Below the pieces are notes generated by a model. The model ran no database searches, had not been told where the DNA came from, and saw only the letters and a program-made list of their open reading frames with translations. A stretch of 50,828 nucleotides of DNA from positions 1-50,828 of the forward strand of contig DAOWGX010000003.1 of NCBI GenBank assembly GCA_030641715.1. Reading direction: 5' to 3'. Numbering within the stretch: position 1 is the first letter of the stretch; each line of letters starts with the position of its first letter. The translations under genes were made by a program, and so were the position numbers. Shown piece after piece: positions 16,314 through 24,443 of the stretch. This DNA is from Nanobdellota archaeon. GTDB taxonomy: Archaea; Nanobdellota; Nanobdellia; Pacearchaeales; GW2011-AR1.

Positions 16314-18782
16314 ATGGGTGACAAATACATCGAATGGCTTTCAAATATTCATAAAAAAGATATAAAGCTTACCGGTGGAAAAGGTGCGAATCTCGGAGAA
16401 ATGTTCAACTCAAAATTCCCCGTCCCCCAAGCATTCGTCATAACCACCGACGCATTTCACCAGTTCATAAAAGAAACAAAAATAAAAGACCAAATCAGAG
16501 AAATTCTAAACAAGATTAACGTCGACGACACAGATGACTTAGCAAAAAAAGCAGAAGAAATCCGAACTATTATCATCAACCAGGAAATGCCCGAAATTCT
16601 AAAAAACGAAATCCTCGAAGCATACGACCACTTCAATGTAGACTTAGATGGACTCGGAGGTTCACCGGGAGCATTAGCAATCTTAAAATCATCGCGAGAG
16701 CCTGTTTTCGTTTCAGTCAGAAGTTCAGCGACGGCAGAAGACCTCGGAGACGCAAGTTTCGCAGGGCAGCAAGACTCCTTCATCAACGTCAAAGGAAACC
16801 CAGAACTAATCGAAAAAGTAAAACGATGTTTCGCCTCGATATTCACCGCACGTTCATTATACTACCGTAAGAAAAAAGGTTTTGATGATTTGGTCGGTAT
16901 CGCGGCGGTCGTTCAAAAGATGATAAACTCATGCAAGTCGGGAGTGATGTTTTCAAAAAATCCGGTAAAAAACAACGAAGAAATTTTAATCGAAGCAGTA
17001 TTCGGTCAAGGCGAGGGAATCGTCTCCGGAAAAATCAAGCCAGATCAATACACCGTCACAAGAGACTTAGAGATCACCGAAGAAAAACTTTCAGATAAAA
17101 AATTAGCAATCATCAGAACTTCTGGAGGACAGACAAAAACAATCCAGCTAACACCCGAGAAATCCAACCAGCGAGTCTTAAAAACTTACGAAATAAAACA
17201 ACTCGCAGAATACGCAATCAAATTAGAGAATCATTACAAAAAACCACAAGACATCGAGTTCGCAATCGAGGATGAAGACATCTACATATTGCAAACCAGA
17301 CCAATCACGACGCTGAAGGAAAAGAAAACCGACGATGTGGAACTAGATGGACAAGTTTTAACCGAAGGATTAGCAGCGTCGCCAGGAGTTGCTTCTGGAA
17401 TCGTAAAGATAATTCACTCGATGGACGACCTTGGAAAAATCAAGCAAGGAGATATTCTAGTAACAACGATGACAAATCCGGACATGGTCGTAACAATGGA
17501 AAAAGCCGCCGCAATCGTAACATCCGAGGGAGGAGTAACCGCACACGCGGCAATCATCTCACGAGAAATGGGAATCCCCGCAGTAGTCGGAACCGAAGAC
17601 TGTTTAGACAAACTAAAAGATGGAGACGAAATCACCGTCGATGGTTCGAACGGAAAAGTTTTCGCAGGTAGAGCCGAAAATAAAAAAGTAGAAATCTTGC
17701 CTATTGTTGAAACGAAAACAAAAATAAAAGTTCTAGTTGATTTACCTCAATTCGCAGAGCGGGCAGCAAAAACCAAGGCTTACGGAATTGGATTAGTCCG
17801 ACTTGAAGGGTTAATCACAACAGGAGGAAAACATCCTTTAGCTTACGAGAGAGAAAACAAGCTCGACGAATATCAAGCAATGTTGAAAGAAGGTTTGCAT
17901 AAAATCGCAGATACTTTTATAGGAAAACCAATCTGGGTTCGGTCTTCAGATATCCGTAGCGACGAATACTCAAACCTCGAAGGGGCACCGAAGGAAATCG
18001 AAAGAAATCCCATGCTCGGAGACCACGGAATAAGATTTTCCCTAAAACATCCCGGAATTTTCAAAGCAGAACTCGGAGCGATAAAAGAACTCGTCGATAA
18101 AGGTCATAAATTCGGAGTAATGTTCCCGCAAATAATCTCGGTTGAAGAAGTAAAACAAGCAAGAAAGATATTCAACGAAATGCAAATTGACAATGTCCAG
18201 TTCGGAGTAATGATTGAAACACCTGCCGCCGCAATTTTAATCAAAGATATCTGCAAAGAAGGTATCGATTTCATCTCGTTCGGAACAAACGACTTAACAC
18301 AATTCACCTTAGCAATCGACAGAGGAAACGAAGAAGTCCAAGATATTTACGACGAAACAAACTGGGCAGTTCTAAAACAAATCTCGAGGGTTATAAGAGA
18401 ATGTAAAAGTCAGGGGGTCGAAACTTCAATCTGTGGACAAGCCGGCTCGAACAAAAAAATGGTAGAGTTCCTAGTCAAACAAGGAATTGATTCAATCTCC
18501 GTCAATGCAGATGTAGCGAAAGAAATTTCAGAGTTAGTGAAAAAACTTGAAGACGAAAAAACTGGTGAACGAAAAGATGAAGCGACAGCTTCACAATCTC
18601 TAAAAGAAGAACCTTCAATAGAGCCCGTCGACAACAAAGAATCTATCAAAGAAGAACTTCAGGAAAGGGAGACTTTAGAACAAGAACGAATCGAAGAGAT
18701 GAAAAATCCGGAACCCCTAATAGAGAATCTTACAGAAGAATCCTCAGAAGACAAATCAAAAAAAGAAGATATTTTTAACTAA
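16314..18782 (+). CDS. ppsA: Phosphoenolpyruvate synthase (pyruvate, water dikinase) with an acidic C-terminal extension
   Basis: 822 aa. N-terminal ATP-grasp 'LTGGKGANLGEM', phosphohistidine swivel 'GGVTAHAAIISREMGIPAVVG' and PEP-utilising C-terminal 'FISFGTNDLTQ'. Confidence 0.9.
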   Translation: MGDKYIEWLSNIHKKDIKLTGGKGANLGEMFNSKFPVPQAFVITTDAFHQFIKETKIKDQIREILNKINVDDTDDLAKKAEEIRTIIINQEMPEILKNEILEAYDHFNVDLDGLGGSPGALAILKSSREPVFVSVRSSATAEDLGDASFAGQQDSFINVKGNPELIEKVKRCFASIFTARSLYYRKKKGFDDLVGIAAVVQKMINSCKSGVMFSKNPVKNNEEILIEAVFGQGEGIVSGKIKPDQYTVTRDLEITEEKLSDKKLAIIRTSGGQTKTIQLTPEKSNQRVLKTYEIKQLAEYAIKLENHYKKPQDIEFAIEDEDIYILQTRPITTLKEKKTDDVELDGQVLTEGLAASPGVASGIVKIIHSMDDLGKIKQGDILVTTMTNPDMVVTMEKAAAIVTSEGGVTAHAAIISREMGIPAVVGTEDCLDKLKDGDEITVDGSNGKVFAGRAENKKVEILPIVETKTKIKVLVDLPQFAERAAKTKAYGIGLVRLEGLITTGGKHPLAYERENKLDEYQAMLKEGLHKIADTFIGKPIWVRSSDIRSDEYSNLEGAPKEIERNPMLGDHGIRFSLKHPGIFKAELGAIKELVDKGHKFGVMFPQIISVEEVKQARKIFNEMQIDNVQFGVMIETPAAAILIKDICKEGIDFISFGTNDLTQFTLAIDRGNEEVQDIYDETNWAVLKQISRVIRECKSQGVETSICGQAGSNKKMVEFLVKQGIDSISVNADVAKEISELVKKLEDEKTGERKDEATASQSLKEEPSIEPVDNKESIKEELQERETLEQERIEEMKNPEPLIENLTEESSEDKSKKEDIFN

Positions 18783-18813
18783 CATAATAGTAGAGAGAAC
18801 TATTTAATAAAGA

Positions 18814-19665
18814 TTAAATTATAGGAACGTCTTTATCCACATTAATCAACCTATCAACCAACCTCGCCATCTCCCCCAAAAAAGAATCTGCCTTCCTAAA
18901 CCAATCGTCGAGCTCCCTTCCCTTAATCAAATTCAATTTCCCATGAACAATCTCTTTCGCAACAGAATGAATCTCCGAATAATAACTCACATATTTTTTA
19001 TTTAACATTTTAGTCTTAACAAAAGTCTTAGTCAAAATCTCGGGGATAGCCTCTGGAGAAGAAGGCATAACATTCCTAGCAATCAAAGCTGCATGCGCCG
19101 AATCAACCATCGTCCAATAGAGCCCGTCGACAACTGCCAACATAGACTGCTTAGCCCGGGTCATATGCCCTGGTGCCCTTTGCAAAAGCGTGTAAATCGA
19201 CTCAGGAGTAGAACGAATCTTTCCTTCCTTCAACAAAATTCTCAACGGATTAAAAAACCCGCCGAAATCAATCAACGCATCACCATACCTCAAAATATTA
19301 ATCACAACAGGATCACCTCGCATCAAATCCTCCCACCACGTCGACAACTTCACCGAATTAATATGCAACGACTTCCGATAAGGATTCGCCTTAATCAACT
19401 TTCCAAGCTCCTCACGATACCACGCAATCAACTCCGCATCCCACCGCACCCCAACATCATCGATAATAATTATAACATCAATATCCGAATCAGGAACAGA
19501 CACCCTCTTCGCCGACGACCCAAAAAGAACAACTGACTTAATCATCTGGTCAAATTTCTCATAAACCTTCATCGCAAAATCCGCCGCAATCTCACGCTCA
19601 CCCGCAATCAAAAGCGTCGACGCCTTCTCAAGAGACTTCCTAGCCACCTTCTTTTTATCAACCAT
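18814..19665 (-). CDS. Fused nucleotidyltransferase (Pol-beta fold) with a HEPN-like helical domain
   Basis: 283 aa. 'VVLFGSSAKRVSVPDSDIDVIIIIDD' is the GS...DxD signature. The C-terminal helical half ('AVVDGLYWTMVDSAHAALIARN') is HEPN-like. A TATA-like ttttataaaatat lies about 26 nt upstream. Confidence 0.65.
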   Translation of the reverse strand: MVDKKKVARKSLEKASTLLIAGEREIAADFAMKVYEKFDQMIKSVVLFGSSAKRVSVPDSDIDVIIIIDDVGVRWDAELIAWYREELGKLIKANPYRKSLHINSVKLSTWWEDLMRGDPVVINILRYGDALIDFGGFFNPLRILLKEGKIRSTPESIYTLLQRAPGHMTRAKQSMLAVVDGLYWTMVDSAHAALIARNVMPSSPEAIPEILTKTFVKTKMLNKKYVSYYSEIHSVAKEIVHGKLNLIKGRELDDWFRKADSFLGEMARLVDRLINVDKDVPII

Positions 19666-19729
19666 CTTCTAAAATTAACAGTAATTATATTTTATAAAAC
19701 CTCCCCCTTCCCCCTGTTCCCAATTCCCC

Positions 19730-19797
19730 GCAAAATAAAATTTTAGGTTCAGGTGTCCAACAAAGTTGGACGGAACCGTTAAAAAATTTTATTTTGC
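19730..19797. other. Extended composite stem-loop (about 27 bp paired)
   Basis: gcaaaataaaatttt (19730-19744) pairs with aaaattttattttgc (19783-19797). This encloses ggttc/gaacc and gtccaac-aaa-gttggac (19755-19771). Confidence 0.8.
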
Positions 19798-19805
19798 CTT
19801 AAATA

Positions 19806-19880
19806 AGATATCTAAAATTCATTTTTCATTTGGTTTTTGTTGCACAAAATACCTTGTGTGAAAAGTGAATTTTAGATATC
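19806..19880. other. Second long stem-loop (about 22-bp stem, 30-nt loop)
   Basis: gatatctaaaattca (19807-19821) pairs with tgaattttagatatc (19866-19880), extended by ttttca/tgaaaa. The single T/G position is a wobble pair only in a plus-strand RNA. Confidence 0.8.
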
Positions 19881-19900
19881 GCAAAATAAGGAAGGTACAG

Positions 19901-19922
19901 CGAGGAAACCTTCGGTTTCCCG
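19901..19922 (-). terminator. GC-rich hairpin directly after the stop of 19924..21819
   Basis: ggaaacc-ttc-ggtttcc (19904-19920), with a T-rich tract following on the minus strand. Confidence 0.5.
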
Positions 19923-19923
19923 C

Positions 19924-21819
19924 TTAGGCCATCGGCGTCCCGCCAAACCGCGACTGATCCCCTGGCATCTGCCCGCCCAAATCTATCGGCATTGTCGTGA
20001 AACCCGAACCATACATCGAGTGATGCTGTTGAGGATTCAAAGTCCCATATCCTCCAAAATAAGAACCTTGCATTTCCGCTATCTGATTCCAAGAAGGACC
20101 CGCACTCATCCCGTAAATCGGCGAGCCGAACGCAGCCATCGACAATCCATGAGGTGACTTCTTAAAATGCTGAACAAAACCACCAGCCTCGACAATCTTC
20201 CTCATCTCACCAAGACGCCCGGTCTTCTCCAACTGCTCCATGATTTTCTTAAACGGAACATTCCCCATCCCTGGTGCCAAATGCGAATCCGCAAAACCAA
20301 AATTATCCGTCAAATGAACATGCTTAACCATCGTCTTGTCCTCGGTAATCTTCCTCGTCTCCGCAAGAACATCCTCATCAGTAAAACCTTTCTTCTTAAT
20401 CATATTCAAATGCCCAACATCCCAAGTAACACCTAACTGCTTCTCCGCAATCTCCCGAGCTTCCGACTTACCCAAACCCTTCTCGGCAATCAACTGTTTA
20501 ACAAAATTATCCCGTGAATCCTCAACTAATTCCTTCATTTTTTTCGCCGAAGAGAAAGCCGTCCCAGGCATAAAATTCTCGATTGCAATAATAGGGGCAT
20601 TCCCCCCGAACTCCTCATAAGACCTCATAGCCAAATTCCCAAAAGTCTCAGCCGACTTATCCATCGCAAAACCCTCCGTTTCCCGAAAAATCTTAGGCGC
20701 CCCATATCTTTTATCATAAACCAACTTCCCATTCTTCTCAATTTCTCTTTGCATCGTAATATGCTGCAACCTTCCAAAAGATTCCTCAAAAACCTTTTTC
20801 TTTATCAGAGGATTCATAACCGCATTACTTGGCAACCTTTTTATCACATCAGAATATTCATTAGCAAGGTTCTTCAACTCTTTTTTCTGCACATCAGAGC
20901 CATACTTATACGCCTTGTGAAAAGATTCGGTAAACTTCAGCTTAAGATCCTCAAGAAAAATATCCGCTTTTCGCATCTTAAAATAATCTTCTCTTTGATT
21001 AGATTCAAAATCTGGGAGCCTTTTTCCACTAGCCATATCAAAAACCTCTTCCTTCTCATTTATAACTGCATTCCCGTACACTTCCTTCAACGATTCCGCA
21101 GATTTCCCAATAATATCATTAACCTCCTTATTAGACTTTGCTAAATCAATCATCTTATTATCCCACTCACTCTCATTTGCCGAAGCCAATCGTGTTTCGG
21201 GGGTAAACACCTGGCCTTTCCCCTCGTTCGCCTCAAAAGAACCCGGAGAATCAGGACGAAATCTATATTCCCTTTCAAGCGGAACCATCTGCTTCGTCTC
21301 ACAATTAATCGCAAAATTCCTTTCAACCTCAAATCTCTCATCATCTTTCCCTGGTCGAAACTCAGGACCTGGTGCCCCTGCAGACCCATGAAAAACAATC
21401 GGAACATTCCCGTTCGGATCCAAAACATGCGCTTTCTCAATAGCATCAAACATTCGTCGTTCATTATCTTCTCGTGTAAAATTCCCTCCCCACCCCTTGT
21501 CATCAAAACCCGCAGGGTCGAGCAACGGTCCATGAACCGACGGCTTAACACCGGAAAGCCTCATCAGAGCCCGCATCTCCTTAAAATGTTCTTGAGGAAT
21601 AGCCTCGGTGACCTCCGGCATAAGTAACGAAACCTCAAACGCCTTCACGCCCTGCTTCAACGCATTAACAGTTTCTCCGAGCTGGTTCGCAGTCTGAGGA
21701 GAACCGGGGAAACCAAGTCCCGTCGCACTCATTTGATAACCCATGAAATTTCCATAATCAGGACTAAGCGAAGAAGAACCTCCTTCATAAAACGACTCCG
21801 TACCAATATAATTATCCAC
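19924..21819 (-). CDS. Xylose-isomerase-like (AP endonuclease 2 family) TIM-barrel protein with a large insertion and low-complexity termini
   Basis: 631 aa, GTG start with aggtga SD. Barrel motifs are 'AFEVSL', 'SVHGP', 'IVFHGS', 'IIAIEN', 'WDVGHLN', 'HVHLTDN...DSHLAPGMGNVPF' and 'IVEAGG'. A ~230-aa charged insert lies between them. The C-terminal tail is G/S/M/Y/Q-rich. Confidence 0.5.
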   Translation of the reverse strand: MDNYIGTESFYEGGSSSLSPDYGNFMGYQMSATGLGFPGSPQTANQLGETVNALKQGVKAFEVSLLMPEVTEAIPQEHFKEMRALMRLSGVKPSVHGPLLDPAGFDDKGWGGNFTREDNERRMFDAIEKAHVLDPNGNVPIVFHGSAGAPGPEFRPGKDDERFEVERNFAINCETKQMVPLEREYRFRPDSPGSFEANEGKGQVFTPETRLASANESEWDNKMIDLAKSNKEVNDIIGKSAESLKEVYGNAVINEKEEVFDMASGKRLPDFESNQREDYFKMRKADIFLEDLKLKFTESFHKAYKYGSDVQKKELKNLANEYSDVIKRLPSNAVMNPLIKKKVFEESFGRLQHITMQREIEKNGKLVYDKRYGAPKIFRETEGFAMDKSAETFGNLAMRSYEEFGGNAPIIAIENFMPGTAFSSAKKMKELVEDSRDNFVKQLIAEKGLGKSEAREIAEKQLGVTWDVGHLNMIKKKGFTDEDVLAETRKITEDKTMVKHVHLTDNFGFADSHLAPGMGNVPFKKIMEQLEKTGRLGEMRKIVEAGGFVQHFKKSPHGLSMAAFGSPIYGMSAGPSWNQIAEMQGSYFGGYGTLNPQQHHSMYGSGFTTMPIDLGGQMPGDQSRFGGTPMA

Positions 21820-21865
21820 AATATTTCACCTATAAATATTAGAATTTATGATTATTTAAAATCTG

Positions 21866-22417
21866 CTATCTCCGATATTTCCTATCGTCCTTTTTACTTT
21901 TCCGAGAATTCTCACCGCCCCGCTCAAATTCTTTTCGCAATCCAACAAGCTCTAACTTCGACAAATCAGCTTGACGAACATCACCTTGATTAGATACCAT
22001 TCCCGCCGGGGAATCGTAAAGTTTTCCACCCACTACCTTCGTCTCAAAACGACGTTCTCCCGAATACAAATCCTTCTCCTGTCCGTCGCCATTATAAAAA
22101 TCACTCCCATACCCATTCTCCCGTTTATCATCAACCCTATTATAAATTTCATCTTCCTTCGCCCTCTCGTGTTTCTCCTCCCACTCATTCAACGGCTCGT
22201 CGACCAAAGACATTTCTAAATTCGCACCCTTCCAAGAACTTTCCACATTTGCCGTCGTCAATCCAATATCCCCAATAAAAAAATCACTCACCTCGTTAAA
22301 ATCTTCCCCCTCTTCCAAAACTTCCTCAATCTCATCTTCCGAAACCTCCTCCCCAACCTCTTCCTCCGAGTTCTTAGATTCTAGTTCTGAAACCTCGTCT
22401 AAACCCTCTTCGGCCAT
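21866..22417 (-). CDS. Highly acidic hypothetical protein
   Basis: 183 aa. The N-terminal ~50 aa are almost entirely E/D/S/V, and the C-terminus is basic. Confidence 0.55.
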   Translation of the reverse strand: MAEEGLDEVSELESKNSEEEVGEEVSEDEIEEVLEEGEDFNEVSDFFIGDIGLTTANVESSWKGANLEMSLVDEPLNEWEEKHERAKEDEIYNRVDDKRENGYGSDFYNGDGQEKDLYSGERRFETKVVGGKLYDSPAGMVSNQGDVRQADLSKLELVGLRKEFERGGENSRKSKKDDRKYRR

Positions 22418-22443
22418 ATCTCAAAAAGAAAAATAAACTTTAA

Positions 22444-23940
22444 CTAACTTCCGCTCTGTCCCTTAAACACATCTCCCAACTTAACACGAGGTTCTTTCGC
22501 CATACTCTCATCAACCTTATCAAAACCTTCATTGGGAGCAGAAGCCATCCCATGCGCCTTCTTATAAATATCATAAACAGCGTACAACGTAGCTCCCGCC
22601 GCATTCGCAGCCTCGGCACGAACAGCCTTCTCCACAAAATTATCTTTTTTAATATCTTTCACCCCTCCAATAATTTTCTTCTCACCCTTCTTCGTATTTT
22701 CTCCAGTCTTAAACAACCCAAACAATGCCGCAAACGGATTAATATCATCGACATCCTTCACTATTTCCTCTTTCACCCTTTTCTTTTCCTCGTCGCCCTT
22801 CAAGAAATAATCCAAATCTTCCTTCAATTCCTCAAGTGCCCCCCCCGCAACATCCGCTGAAAAAGCCAGGCTATCACTAACATCATCGTTATCCAACTCT
22901 TTTCTAACCAAACCCAATTCCTCGTCATTCAAAGCGTAAGAATCAAAAGTCATATCAATCCGACCTCCCATCGCAAAACCGTAATCTCCCTTTTGCGTCA
23001 TCCTCTGCGAAACATGCCCCCGATACTTCAACCCAATCACAATACACTGATTATAATTTCGCTTCAAGTTATAGTCCTTAAACTTCCCCGGAACACCAAC
23101 CTTCTTCTTTCCAAACAATTGCAACTCAAACATCGACGTGGAAAACGCATTAACCAACGCCGCGTTCTTCTCAAAACCTTCCTGTTTCAAATTCTCAGCT
23201 GCCTTCAAATAAGGTTTCATCCAAGCCGAATACAATTTAATCGTCTCAACTTGCGACTTCAAATAATTCTTCTCGATACGAAACCTCTTCCGCAGTTCCT
23301 TCTCGGAATAATCAATCCACTTCAAAAACTCGCTCATCCTCGGAATCAAAATTCTCATAACCTGTTCATTAATAATCCCCCCGCCATACTCTCCTTCCTT
23401 GTCATTCATCTTCTTCAAATCCTCCACCGAGTTGGCCACCATAAAAGCCTCCCTTATCGTCGTGAAACCCATCTCTGCCGCCATCTGATGAATCGAACCA
23501 CGTCCTTTCTTCAAATCAACATTATCTAACCAAATCTGTTTCAACGCCAACATCCCAGCCTCCTTCTTTACATTATCACTCGCCCAAGCATCGTCATAAT
23601 GTGCCAACCTCATCTCGAACTCCTTCAAATCATAAATCAAATTCAAAACAGATTTAACAACCTGATTCAACCCGCCAAGAATTTTCATTCCCTCCTCTTG
23701 CATCTTCGTAGCCTTCATACTAATCTCCGAAAATTGCCCCGACCCCGGACTCGCCGTAAAATTATCAATCAACTTTTCCATATCCCACCCCATATCTTGA
23801 ATAAAATCCAGCAACCAATAATAGATGGGCTCCAGTTGTGCTTGCTGAGAATCGAAAGTTATTTTATAAGAAGACACAGTCCGATTCCATTTTTTAGGAA
23901 CAATTTTTTCAATCACATCTCTTATATCTCCCATAATCAT
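22444..23940 (-). CDS. Large uncharacterised protein, first gene of a 3-gene operon
   Basis: 498 aa and clearly coding, but I recognise no motif. The A/T box gaatatataaag (23954-23965) fits a leaderless start at the second ATG (23934) better than at 23940. Confidence 0.6.
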   Translation of the reverse strand: MIMGDIRDVIEKIVPKKWNRTVSSYKITFDSQQAQLEPIYYWLLDFIQDMGWDMEKLIDNFTASPGSGQFSEISMKATKMQEEGMKILGGLNQVVKSVLNLIYDLKEFEMRLAHYDDAWASDNVKKEAGMLALKQIWLDNVDLKKGRGSIHQMAAEMGFTTIREAFMVANSVEDLKKMNDKEGEYGGGIINEQVMRILIPRMSEFLKWIDYSEKELRKRFRIEKNYLKSQVETIKLYSAWMKPYLKAAENLKQEGFEKNAALVNAFSTSMFELQLFGKKKVGVPGKFKDYNLKRNYNQCIVIGLKYRGHVSQRMTQKGDYGFAMGGRIDMTFDSYALNDEELGLVRKELDNDDVSDSLAFSADVAGGALEELKEDLDYFLKGDEEKKRVKEEIVKDVDDINPFAALFGLFKTGENTKKGEKKIIGGVKDIKKDNFVEKAVRAEAANAAGATLYAVYDIYKKAHGMASAPNEGFDKVDESMAKEPRVKLGDVFKGQSGS

Positions 23941-24004
23941 TTACTAGAATCAAGAATATATAAAGTTTAGCAAGACTTAAATAAACCCCCTTCTTATCAA
24001 GACC

Positions 24005-24403
24005 ATGATTTTCCGAAAGAAAAAAAGAATGATTGACATCCGAGAACTCCAAAAACGAGGTGTCGTGAGAATCCCAAAACAGAGCAGGGTAATACCAACA
24101 GATTCAAGCGGATTCGTAGAACTCGGAGCAACATCCAAACCAAAAATTTTAGAACAATCAACAGAACCTCAACCATCTTCAAAATCAGAATTCTTCAACT
24201 TCATAGGAAACACTCCTCCAACACCCTCGACAACTGAAACATTCGGAACAGAATCCGACGGTTACAATAAAAGAGAAGTCGACACAAAAATAACAGAACT
24301 CGATAACAAAATCTACAAACTCGAACAGCGAACAGAACTTCTCGAGAAAAAACTCGAAGTCAATCAACCCGCCAATTCCAGCGTCGGTGCCATGGGCTGG
24401 TAA
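24005..24403 (+). CDS. Small protein with a basic N-terminus and a C-terminal coiled coil
   Basis: 132 aa, divergent from 22444..23940. A/T box cttaaataaa lies about 25 nt upstream. 'ELDNKIYKLEQRTELLEKKLE' is a heptad pattern. Confidence 0.55.
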   Translation: MIFRKKKRMIDIRELQKRGVVRIPKQSRVIPTDSSGFVELGATSKPKILEQSTEPQPSSKSEFFNFIGNTPPTPSTTETFGTESDGYNKREVDTKITELDNKIYKLEQRTELLEKKLEVNQPANSSVGAMGW

Positions 24404-24409
24404 GCTCCC

Positions 24410-24421
24410 ATATATTTAAAA
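24410..24421 (+). promoter_or_regulatory. Putative TATA box for gltX (leaderless)
   Basis: atatatttaaaa is centred about 28 nt upstream of ATG 24444, with no SD. Confidence 0.45.
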
Positions 24422-24443
24422 CTCCCAATACCTTCTAATAAAC

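Noticed and set aside
19093-19536. Long antisense or alternate-frame ORFs rich in P/R/L/N/I (for example 19093..19536, 20749..21144, 21150..21551, 22993..23529, 23599..23970, 37514..37888, 38317..38796, 44543..45100)
   Set aside because: They lie opposite to, or out of frame with, ORFs that have clear motifs. Their composition is the mirror of purine-rich coding strands, and they have no start signals.
19894-19902. 'ggtacagcg' matching the first 9 nt of the 42-bp flank repeat
   Set aside because: Only 9 nt match and the tgccccg core is absent, so this is compatible with chance.
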